DNA of 64,000 bases from Mizuhopecten yessoensis (taxonomy: Eukaryota): positions 162,742 to 226,741 of the forward strand of contig NW_018403901.1 of NCBI RefSeq assembly GCF_002113885.1, written 5' to 3'. The notes below the pieces were generated by a model, which saw nothing but the letters and a program-made list of their open reading frames with translations, had not been told where the DNA came from and searched no databases. Below, piece after piece: positions 1 through 12,600 of the stretch. The position numbers and the translations under genes are program-made. Position 1 is the first letter of the stretch. Each line of letters begins with the position of its first letter.

Positions 1-3000
1 GCACTGTTATAAAGATCTATCCTAGTAGAATCAGTAAGTATACACTGGTACAAATATCCATCGTAGTAGAACCAGGAAGTATACACTGGTACAAATATCC
101 AACCTACCCCACATGACATATACACTGGTACAAAGATCCAACCTACCTCACATGACGTATACACTGGTACAAAGATCCAACCTACCCCACATGACGTATA
201 CACTGGTATAAAGATCCAACCCACCCCAGTGACGTATACACTGGTACAAAGATCCAACTTACCCCACACGACGTATATACTGGTACAAAGATTCAACCTA
301 CCTCAAATGACGTATACGCTGGTACAAAGATCCAACCTACCCCACATGACGTATACACTGGTATAAAGACCCAACCCGTCCCACGTGACGTATACACTAG
401 TACAAACACCCAACCTACCCCACATAACGTATACACTGGTACAAACACCCAACCTTCCCCACATGACGTATACACTGGTACAAAGATCCAACCTTCCCCA
501 AATGACGTATACACTGGTACAAGGATCCAACCTACCCCACATGACGTATACACTGCCACAAAACGTATACACTTGTACAAAGATCCAACCTATCCTACAT
601 GCCGTATACACTGCTACAAAGATCCAACCTACCCCACAAAACGTATACACTTGTACAAAGCTCCAACCTATCCTACATGCCGTATACACTGGTACAAAGA
701 TCCAACCTACCCCACATGACTTATACACTTGTACAAAGATCCAACCTATCCCACATGACGTATACATTGGTACAAAGATCCAACCTCCCCACATGACGTG
801 TACACTGGTACAAAGATCCAACCTAACCCACATGACGTAGACACTTGTACAAAGATCCAACCTATCCCACATGACGTATATATTGGTACAAGTATCCAAC
901 CTACCTCGCATGACTTATACACTTGTACAAAGATCCAACCTATCCCACAAGACGTATAAACTGGTACAAAGATCCAACCTACCCCCACATGACGTATACA
1001 CTGTTATAAAGATCTATCCTAGTAGAACCAGTAAATATACACTGGTACAAATATCCATCGTAGTAGAACCAGGAAGTATACACTGGTACAAAGATCCAAC
1101 CTACCCCACATGACATATACACTGGAACAAAGACCCAACCTACCCCAAATGACGTATACACTGGTATAAAGATCCAACCTACCCCACATGACGTATACAC
1201 TGGTACAAAAACCCAACCTACCCCACATGACGTATACGCTGGTACAAAGATCCACCTACCCCACATGACGTATACACTGGTACGAAGACCCAACCTACCC
1301 CACATGACGTATACACTGGTACAAAGACCCGACCTACCCCACATGACGTATACACTGGTACAAAGATCCAACCTACCCCACATGACGTATACACTGGTAT
1401 AAAGACCCAACCCGTCCCACGTGACGTATAAACTAGTACAAACACCCAACCTAACCCACATGACGTATACATTGGTACAAAGATCCAACCTACCCCACAT
1501 GACGTATACACTGGTACAAAGATCCAACTTACCCCACATGACGTATACACTTGTACGAAGATCCAACCCACCCCACATGCCGTATACACTTGTACAAAGA
1601 TTCAACCTATCCCACATGACGTGTACACTGGTACAAAGATCCAACCTACCCCACATGATGTATACACTGGTACAAAGATCCAACCTCCCCCACATGACAT
1701 ATACACTGGTACAAAGACCCAACCTACCCCAAATGACGTATACACTGGTACAAAGACCCAACCTATCCCACATGACGTGTACACTGGTACAAAGATCCAA
1801 CCTACCCCCACATGACGTATACACTGTTATAAAGATCCATCCTAATAGAACCAGGATGTATATACTGGTACAAATATCCATCGCAGTAGAACCAGGAAGT
1901 ATACACTGGTACAAGTATCCAATCTACCTCACTACCCCACATAACGTATACACTGGTACAAAGCCCCAACCTACCCCAAATGACGTATACACTGGGATAA
2001 AGATCCATCCTAGTAGAAGCAGGAAGTATACACTGGTAAAAAGACCCAACCCGTCCCACGTGACGTATACACTGTTATAAAGATCCAACCTACCCAAAAT
2101 GACGTATACACAGGTACAAGTATCACATGACGTATACACTAGTACAAACACCCAACCTACCCCACAAGACGTATATACAGGTACAAGTATCCAATCTACC
2201 TCACAAGACCCAACCTACCCCAAATGACGTATACACTGTTATAAAGATCCAACCTACCCAAAATGACGTATACACAGGTACAAGTATCTAATCTACCTCA
2301 CATGACGTATATACTGGTATAAAGATTCAACCTACCTCACATGACGTATACACTGGTACAAAGACCCAACCCACCCCAATGACGTATACACTGGTACAAC
2401 GACCCAACTTACCCCACAAGACGTATACACAGGTACAAGTATCCAATCTACCTCACAAGACGTATACACTGGTACAAAGATTTAACCTACGCCACATGAC
2501 GTATACACTGGTGCAAAAATCCAACCTACCCCACATGACGTATACACTGCTACAAAGATCCAACCTACCCCACAGGTCGTATATACTGGTACAAGTATCC
2601 AACCTACCTCACATGACGTTTACACTGGTACAAAGATCCAACCTACCCCACATGACGTATACACTGGCACAAAGATTCAACCTACGCCACATGACGTATA
2701 CACTGGTACAAAAATCCAACCTACCCCACATGACGTATACACAGGTACAAAGATACAACCTACCCCACAAGACGGAAACACTGGTACAATGATCCAACCT
2801 ACCCCACATGACGTATACACAGGTACAAAGATACAACATTCGTATAAACTGGTACAAAGATCCAACCTAACCCACATGACGTATACATTGGTACAAAGAT
2901 CCAACCTACCCCAAATGACGTATACACTGGTACAAGGATCCAACCTACCCCACATGACATATACACTGGTACAAAGATCCATCCTAGCCCACATGAGGTA

Positions 3001-3560
3001 TACACTGGTACAAAGATCCATCCTCCCCCACATGACGTATACACTGCTACAAAGATCCAACCTACCCCAAATGACGTATACACTGGTACAAGGATCCAAC
3101 CTACCCCACATGACATATACACTGGAACAAAGACCCAACCTACCCCACATGACGTAAACACTGGTACAAAGATCCATCCTCCCCCCCATGACGTATTCAC
3201 TGGTACAAAGATCCAACCTAACCCACATGACGTATACACTGGCACAAAGATCCCACCTACCCCGTGGACACTGTTATAAAGATCCATCCTAGTAGAACCA
3301 GGAAGTATACACTGGTGCAAAGATCCAACCTACCCCACGTGACGTATAGACTGAAGTATACACTGGTACAAAGATCCAGCCTACCCCACATGACGTATAC
3401 GCTGGTACAAAGATCCACCTACCCATAAAGATCCATCCTAGTAGATCCAGGAAGTATACACTGGTACAAAGATCCAATCTACCCCACATGACGTATACAA
3501 TGGTACAAAGACCCAACTTACCCCACATGACGTATACACGGGTACAAAGATCCAACCTAC
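1..3560 (-). repeat. 39-bp minisatellite built from the SLC5 paralog A exon-4 tail plus splice donor (about 90 copies, runs off the left edge)
   Basis: Minus-strand unit GTAGGTTGGATCTTTGTACCAGTGTATACGTCATGTGGG matches the last 39 nt of exon 3561-3620 with the donor GTAGGT. It is interspersed with about 41-bp units carrying the exon 5' half (TACTTCCTGGTTCTACTAGG). Confidence 0.95.
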
Positions 3561-5287
3561 CCCACATGACGTATACACTGGTACAAAGATCCATCCTAGT
3601 AGAACCAGGAAGTATACTGCCTGCAAAACAATGCTCACATAATGACAATATCCCGAATTGCAAAACAAGTAGTGTTTTTTGTTCTTTTGATATTAACTTT
3701 CATTTGTGTTACTTCTTGGAACTGCCATAACTGTGGAAAAGAATATACATTGGTTTGACAAGCTCCTTATGTATTTACATGTCGACGCTTAGTTTTTATT
3801 TTGAACAGAAAATGATAAATCATTTAAGCCGACGTAACACGTATACTGACAATCCACTCGTAGATGATGACAGCGATCCCTGAGGCAGCAGCCGATCCAG
3901 CTATCCCTATAAACATCGGGGCTCCAATGTTACTTGCGAATATAGAGGCGCCAACCTGTGTACGTTCAAAAGGAGATAAATCTATGTTTACAATTGTAAT
4001 TGCTTCCAAAGCACTAAGGAAAATGTTAATGGAAGTACTTGAAATCGTTCAGTACATCATTTTAATTCATAGATCTCTATCTGTTTAATAAAAGAAAGAA
4101 AAAGCAAAAACTTGGGAATGAAGTAATAATGAAACTTTCGGACAAACCCGTCCCTTTTAATTTATGGTAGAATATATGTTTTATGAAAACCTTATGAATT
4201 AACCAAATATGGATATCGTCCTTGTTTTCTTGTAAATGCGAAATAGTTTAGCTGCCTTCCAGGAAACCCATACAATAACTTAATAAATGCTTATTAAAGG
4301 GACATAACTCATAACGTTATATTGTATAGGTTTGTACAACACTATCTATTAGGTTGGCCATACAATGAATTACCGACATACAGGTATCCAGTGAATGTTC
4401 CTTCCCGCCAAAAAATAGCCATGAGCCGATCCTTTGTTAGAGCGACAGGTCGACTGTAACACAATACAGTGTAATCAGTCATCAAAGTACGACATTTAAA
4501 CGTTTTTAATTGATTATATAACAAACAATATCTAAATGTAACACAGCGAGTATATCATTTGTATAGCTAAATCTAGATATTCGAAGGTCGGAAATATTTT
4601 TATTTTAACATATGAACATTCTGAGTTATTTCTTTAGATCACTAGTATCATATTATTACAGTATGCATTGCAATAGCTAATTAAAATATTATTTTGCACA
4701 ACATTCTAATTTCAATTCTGAAGCACCAGTTTAAAACGGTATAATTAACTTATTAATCATTACTACATACAGGTTGCTATAACGATATTATTCGTTTATA
4801 ATTTTAATAATACTAGATGACAAGGTAAACATTTATTGACAACCAGATTTCTTTGGCATTTATTGGATATGAATTCAAATTTGACGGAATCCGTTGTTAA
4901 TTGAAGCGACAATATTGTAATACGATGAGCCGTGTAACACCCGATAGCATGTCATTAGGGGTGGCCTTTCGTACCGCCCAGTGGAGAGAGATTTCTATCT
5001 GACACTGACCGGGATCTGACCCATACCATCACTCTTATCTCTCTAGTAAATACAGTATATTACCTTTTTATTCCGGAAACTATTGTTCAATTGTCTACCC
5101 TCAAATGTATATCAGATTTGCAATCTGTTTGTGAGACGTATCTAAATTGTTTTCTTGCAATGAAAAGATAGCGAGGTAGAGACTACCGGTTACCTGACTA
5201 CTCACTCACCCATAATCCAACACCAAGGACTAACACAAAATATATCCCCATTGTTAAGTAGTCCTCCCATCCTAAATATTCCGCCAT
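3561..5287 (-). CDS. SLC5/SGLT-like sodium:solute symporter, paralog A (coding exons 1-4; gene continues off the left edge)
   Basis: Four GT-AG-bounded exons: 5287-5210 (MAEYLGWEDYLTMGIYFVLVLGVGLW), 4453-4382 (STCRSNKGSAHGYFLAGRNIHWIP), 3955-3851 ([35 protein letters not shown]), 3620-3561 ([20 protein letters not shown]). GYFLAG, ASNIG, EW and GWIFVPVY are SLC5 motifs. Exon sizes 78/72/105/60 are identical to the plus-strand paralog. Confidence 0.93.
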
Positions 5288-5797
5288 GTCAGCAAGGGGC
5301 CGCAGCACACACATACACTCTCAGATACGACGAGACTTAGTCGCTGATAACACTGATAAGACTCGAGGGCTATAGACTTACCTTCCATTACAGCACATAG
5401 TTCAAAATCAAAATACGGAGTTCGGTTGTTAAACATTGGGAAAAGTACAGTGTTCGAGATATCGAACCTCTGTTTGCACGTAGATAGGCTAGTAGGTGTA
5501 CGTGAATCAATACGAATCCAGTGGAATAGATCGAGCATCTAACAAAGAGGGGTGTTCACAAGAGTATATATATCACATATATGACTCACTTTATATGACA
5601 GTGCATCTTGCGCAAGAATAGGTCCTCTACATCAGCGTTCCTTGTCCGCGCTGCTCTCAGCTTAATTGCTGCCTTCGGCTGTCTTTAGCCGAGGGGACTA
5701 TTGGTTTTATATAATAGCTATATTTTCAATTATAGTATATCAATTCTATCTTCTTGTAATATGATGTATATGTGCATGTAACTGTTCTGCTTCACTG

Positions 5798-5836
5798 TGT
5801 CTTGAAAAAGGAGCGGATCGCTCCGAAAATTTGACA
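5798..5836 (+). other. Hammerhead-like motif with an atypical core, possibly a Penelope-like element terminus
   Basis: TGTC-TTGAAAAA-GGAGCG(GAT)CGCTCC-GAAA-ATTT-GACA: perfect 6-bp stem II followed by GAAA, palindromic AAATTT in place of stem III, TGTC/GACA closing stem I. The core deviates from CTGANGA. Confidence 0.4.
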
Positions 5837-6828
5837 ATCTAAACTTGTCCACACTGTTGGAATTACTTCTTTGCCCCATATACTATTTTAAGTAATTCGT
5901 ATCCTACGGACATACCTCCATTAGGATCCAGTGTTATATGGGATTTTACCGTCTATATTACTTCTTTGACCCATATCACATATATAATGTGTACTATCCA
6001 TGTATCCATGCCCTGTACCTTAATGGGCGGGAGGAGGGGGGGGNGGGGGGGAGGGGGGCTAAAACAAGGCCATTTGATGGCCAATGGGACCTAAGTCGAC
6101 GTTACGTTAGCGCGGGTACGCAGGTCGACCCTGTCCAAATAATTACAGCAATGCTATGTTAGCGCGGACGCACATGTCCATGTGTTTATAATAACTGACA
6201 AAATGGCAAAACTGTACAACACACTGGGACAGACAATTCGTCCACCTAATTTAACAACGTCTGTCAGCTTCATTTACTGAAATGAAGTAGCAACCGGCTG
6301 AGTCAACAATAAACCGATCTGTCAAAAAGCACCAGGTAGAAAAAGAAAATTAGAACAAAATCTTATTCGTTCATACCTTGAAAGTTACGCGGGTTTGTAC
6401 ATATGATGATGATCCAATATCTTTCCCTTGTGCGTCGTCTTTATTCATTCTGTGTTCGGCAATGATATAAGGCAACCACCTGCATGTTCTCCTAACTATG
6501 GCTATGCGTATTAAAGTACATTGCCACATGGACATCAGGTTTGATTTGCTTAATGGAGAAACGGAGCTCTTGATTTCGATACTGAGCTTTGTACCACATA
6601 CTGTATATGGTACACTTAACTGTGGGGGGTGTATAGACACAGTATGCACATATAAATGTTGCGTGTTCCAAAGAGTCTGTACTGCAGCAGAGGCGGTGTA
6701 GATGGATTGTTACCTTACGTAAGGATACTTTATATAATTTCGTCTGCGATATGCCATATGGGAAGATCTGACATGGCTTTGCTGAAAACTCAGCCAGTTT
6801 GCTTTCAAAATTGATAGAAATGTCGAAA

Positions 6829-8010
6829 TGTTACCGGGCCAGAAACAACACTAACAACTCAGTTGGTTCGAATTTTGTGGTCCTTTATTTCAGGGCTTAA
6901 CCCGAACAAGAAAACCTAAAAATACAAATAAAAATGAACAGTTACACACGGTTACACACAGCCACTCACATACCTACATATGTACCAAGGGAAATAACTC
7001 CTACTTGGTAAATTTACAAGTTTACCCTATTTCTATAAAATCCTTATATTTTCACGTAACGTTTATATATATAAATGTTACCATATTCCTTACATTTATT
7101 ATTAGATACATTTAACAGAACTTGACAGAATAAAGTTATCTTTCATTATTGAATATAATTAATGATGATACAGAATATGGTAATTTACACAGAACTTTCT
7201 CTATAAATTCTCACCATTGAATGCATATATACATGTACTTCTATACCTTATTGTATTTCAAATAAATAAATTATAATCTTAAGATGAAACATATATAGTA
7301 CATACCCTGCATAATTGGGCAAGGTTCTCAGTGCCAATTCCATTCTCACTTTTCCAACCATACAATATAAGCTAAATGAAAAATAAGGTAACTATGAAAA
7401 CTCATTGTAAAATGACATTTACCAATAACCTATACATTAGTTATTTTTGAGTCTCAATATTTTACTGAACAATATTGACTGGCGACCTTCAATGTCCTTG
7501 AAATAATTTACATATTCACATGGCTATTTTGTAGCAAAAATACCATAATTATCCTTAATTTAAATATTAATAATATCGACACTTTACATTTACTGCATAA
7601 AGCTTGCTGCAATAACAGGATGGTTACTTGTAAATAATCACTACCAATTTGAATAAAATATCAAGCCTTGGAATGACTTACCGGTTAATGTCCTGACTGT
7701 GGAGTCCCGCACACGTGCCCACCTGACTGACTATCCAGGTACATGCATTACCTAGCCTACCCTGATCTTAACACACGTCTTATTTAGACCAATCAAATGT
7801 CATTCTGTCTGTCAGGTGTCATATCAAGTACAGTGCTCACAGGTACAGGTAACACACAAACATTAAGGAAGAATTCTCCTTCATGTCCATGGTAATATTA
7901 TATTGGTACACCAGTAAAAGTATTTAAACAATATATATACATCTAATCAATATAAGCACACCCTATACATATACATAACACATGATTACTAAAATTATCA
8001 TACTGCCACA
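6829..8010 (-). mobile_element. LTR-like segment (possible solo LTR)
   Basis: Minus-strand termini TGTGGCAGTA...CCGGTAACA, with AATAAA about 60 bp from the 3' end. The termini resemble those of 25901-27257. No target-site duplication found. Confidence 0.3.
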
Positions 8011-9573
8011 TTGGGATGGTATGTAACTTCACAAGGTACCTTCTGTGTTCGAAATGACTTTTTTCTTTTAAGCTGACCTGTCAAGCCAAGTGTCCTGAGT
8101 TTGTCTATTACCCGATCTATGAAAGAAGATTTGTATCTTTTGCTTTCGAAGGTGACTATACGTCTGATGCACAGGTATTGAGATGCTCATTGTTGTGTGC
8201 AAGGGGTGACAACAGGATTAACGGATTAACTAGTGTATTGCAGTTGGTTTGCAGTGTAGGTCCTCGCTGATCTTTCCATCATTTACAGTGGAACGCGGAA
8301 CCGGTGGCTAAACAAATGACAGTGTCCGTTATAATATCCACTGTAAATTTGATGGTAGACCGGAACGCAAAGGAGTCCGACGAATATGTCCCAAAAATAC
8401 AACAGTATTGGGCCATCTTTGTGTGAAAGATGAAAATCTGACTTGTATTTAATTTGTTTTCGCGTTAAATATGAAGATTTTCAGTGTGAATACAAGTTTT
8501 AGTAAGTCCATTAGGATATCAGTCGATGGGTGTTTATCGTTCCAATGCATCTCAACTAGCAGCAATGTCGTCGTCATCTGTTATGATCGTGAAGAGGACA
8601 ACGACGTCCATCGTGACTAACAGGTTACCTTCTGGATGTTCCTGTTGGAAGTGTTGTTTAGATATATGTTGTACCATTTATATTCATAGCCGTAGATTTC
8701 CGACATTTGGTCGAAGATAGGAGTTTACATACATGGATGCATTAATGATGGGTGTACCTGAATTCCCAGGTTTATTGGTCTTTGGAAGGAATTGAAAAAA
8801 AATCCTGCTTTCGGGGGAAGATAGGGGGCGAGCGCAGGTTGTACATGTAAATAGTGTCTTGATCAAAATCTCTCTCACTTTATAGCCTCGTTTACCTGTC
8901 GGGCGTATTCAAGCGTCAGATCGATATCGACGATGTTTCGTTTGAACGCTGTCGCTATTCATATTGTGATGGGGAAACAAAACAGGGGACTATGTATTTA
9001 CACAGCTTAAAACAAATCTATATCATTTGTAGTTTGGAATTGCTGTGGAAACATGAAAAAGTACCAGGTGCACGAATGGCGTTGGGCTTCGCAATGTAAA
9101 TAATAATGTAAATAAACAAAAGAATAGTGTAATATATATTTTTTCATTTTTTTAAAGGTAAAAACAAAATTTATATATGGAAATATTAAGAAAACTGTTT
9201 GATTAACATTTTTTGTATAAAAATCTGAAGTGTCATCATCCGGAGGATATCTCAAATATACAACCATACATGTATGTATAAATGTATGTGAGTTTTAACT
9301 TTACAGCTTTACTGTTATAACAGAAATTGTATCTGTATGTAAACATATCTGTATGTAAACTCGATCTACAACACAACGATAACTGTTCAGTATCAAGCGA
9401 GATTTCCTTATGATGAACGTTGGTACGATTGACTCACACAAAATACACTAGAGCGTGACGATCGACCTTAACACGGGGGTTATATGATGTTTACCTACGC
9501 AGTGGATGGCCAGGGAAGTATCGGCTCACCTGAGTATATACCTGCCTCCTAATAATATGTAAATTTTGGAGGA

Positions 9574-9608
9574 TATATAAATCGCCCCGGTATATTCCTG
9601 GTCACTTT
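9574..9608 (+). promoter_or_regulatory. Putative TATA box and initiator of SLC5 paralog B
   Basis: TATATAAA at 9574-9581, Inr-like TCACTT about 28 bp downstream, ATG at 9700. Confidence 0.45.
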
Positions 9609-9699
9609 GTGTATACATGCGTCTGTACATTTTATCACTGATGTGCTTCAGCTGTTTAGAAGTGGCGAGACTACGAATCCACCTCAACTGATACCTAAG

Positions 9700-12600
9700 A
9701 TGACGGAAACACTCGGTTGGGGAGATTATCTTACCATCGGAATATACTTTGCTATTGTGCTTGTCGTCGGAATCCTGGTACGGTATGATTATAATACTCT
9801 TTCATGTTACATTGTTTTCCATTTTATGCATTACATATCCAGACGACAAGTTCCCTGAATAGAAAGGAGCCTTGTTCCTTTTATATACGTAATATGTGTG
9901 TATGGTTACGTGTTACCTGTGTGCAATGGACGTAACAGGTGTTTTGTTTCTGTATTATCATCACGTTAATAATCAATGACTACAGCTAGTCGCGTTGATC
10001 ATAATTTAAATACATGAGCTTTAATTTTGGAGACAGCGAAGGCGTTTAAGGCGTGTAAGGTCCTCCTGGTCCCTCAAAAAGAACAGAATGAAAGCACGGA
10101 CGATCACATGTTGTGTGTAAACAGTGTAGTAAAGGCATTGTGGCGTCCATTAAAATTGATGCTAGCCTTGTTGATTCAAAACAAATTTCGTTAATGGTAA
10201 AAACAGGAAAAAATTCCATATCCCCTTGACACTATCAAGCTTTATATCGTGGGTTTGTTATTCTGTATGGTCTGGATAGCATTTTTAAAGCATAGCCATA
10301 AATCTAAAGATTATGTGACGAAAATGCATGGATGCATGTTTTATAAGTTTGATTTAGTAATGTCATATATTTAAGATTGTCCATGAACCCTCACACTGAG
10401 GGCACCGATACAAACAGGATTTATATGTAAACCTGTCTCGCACTAGGATGGTCCATTGTTACCGTTCGCATGGTTACCGACCTCTACCCATTGTCAATAC
10501 ATGTGTTTGAGTCATCCTGGGCACAGGTAAAGCCCTAAACCATAAGTGTTATTGTAAACTCTTCACCATGCTATTCATTTCTTCTAATCATACATTTTAA
10601 AATATATCAATTACAATATGAATGTAAAAAAGATCGGTCATTGTATTGCAGTCAACATGTCGACCAAACAGAGGGAGTTCACAAGGCTATTTTCTGGCTG
10701 GCAAAGACATGCACTGGATACCGGTATGGTATTTCATATATACCTTAGTATCATGAAGTTAAATATAATACTCACATGATTATTTATTGGATGCATTGTT
10801 TAATATATAAAAAATAGCCATTACAGATACGATACATTACTGATTGAACTGATTATTATTGGACTAGAAGTTATATAATAGTCGCTCAATATTTCAACAC
10901 AGACATGTAAATGATATCAACATATTTCATTTCATCATATTTTATTGAGTAAACAATAGGATTGAACAGTAGGCTAGGACTATATAAGTTATCTCCTTAG
11001 GTTGACATGACAAAGACAAAGATGAATGAAATGGTTTGTAAGAAAATATTGATGCAAATTATATATAATAAGTAGCATAGACATATATATATATATATAT
11101 ATAGCAGATGGTATAGGGGAGATAATTCCATGTATGTTTCAATTACATATAAATATTTAATTGATATTTTTAGCTATACAATGCTCATATTAAAAAGTCA
11201 ATCATAATTAATTAGTAATAGGAAAGCAATGCCCTAATGATATATTAAACAGAGAAATTGCTACAATTGTTTTTTTGTTTTTTGTTTTGCAAGTCATTAG
11301 TGCCCCCTGTTCATACCCTGCTGCTGTTGCATGAAGTANTTTTACTTTATTGCACCCATCAGTAAAAACAGCACACAAAGCTTAATCCCTTAGGTGTATA
11401 ATATTAAAACATCAATGTATATATAACAATCAGAAGAATCACATAATGGTTTAAGGACAGTATTTTATCAGTTATGACTATATATAACAAAATTTATAGA
11501 TTGTTTTGATTAATTAAACAAGTCTTCTTGTGTTGTATATATATTTAAGAACACTATCAAGTATAGATTTATTTTCAGTATTGTTTAACACAGTGCTTCC
11601 ATTAAGAAGTGTTTTAGTATCAATATCAACATATCAGCTTCTATTATTGGTATTGGCATGTTTACAAAGTCAACTATGATAACTCTGATATTGCATTATG
11701 TGTATTATCATTAATGTCCCAATTACCATATATTTTAGATTGGAGCATCAATCTATGCCAGCAACATAGGCGCTCCGATGTTCATAGGTTTAGCGGGTTC
11801 AGCAGCAGCCTCTGGTCTAGCTGTCACGATATATGAATGGCATGTAAGTTTAAAGCACGGCAAGTACCATACAGAATCCTAACGTCTTTTTTCCCCATTA
11901 ACATGTCAATAAATTGAGAATAAAAATTACATGATTTAAATGTCCTTACAATATCATCAACTATATAAATATGAGTTGAAAACGTTTTGCCTGCATGAAA
12001 ACTGTACCTGAAATAAACCATTTCCGGAAAGAAACCAATCATTATGGAACTTTTGTATGAAAAAGAAGTAAATGTGAAATGAACAACAATAGATATCAAC
12101 TTTTATGTTCAGGGATAAAATAGAATAGTTGTACAACGGGCCAGGTCCTGGACCTTCAATAACGATACAGTCACTCTTACCACACACCAACGGAAATTCC
12201 TGTTCAGCGTAGCTCATCAGTCGAGTCCCTCTGCAGTAATATCAGAGACAAAATATAGGGGAGGCAAATGTATGCATATTGGGGCAGAGTCTTGGAACTA
12301 AACTATTGTTAAATAGTCTTCCATATCAAAGGGGAACTTTATATTGTAATGCATTGGTGGATCTAACATTCAGTTATTGGTATTCTAGCTTTATCGTGTA
12401 GTGAAGATTAGACTTGTTGTCTCTTCGCGATAATAAAAACTATATGAATGATTTCCACTGCATATTAGTTCGAATGAGTATGGCTTTTGTTTTGTGGTAA
12501 AAGAGTATCACATATCATTTATAAGTTTCTATGAAATTGAAAACTTATGTTTGCAAATTTTATAAAATCTATCTATGTTATATATAAACAGAAATAATCT

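Noticed and set aside
293-3730. Many long ORFs with 13-aa periodicity on both strands
   Set aside because: They are by-products of a 39-bp stop-poor tandem unit; only 3561-3620 has a splice acceptor and matches the paralogous exon.
8274-8358. Short inverted repeat CCATCA-TTTACAGTGGA...TCCACTGTAAA-TTTGATGG
   Set aside because: Too short to assign; probably a transposon remnant.
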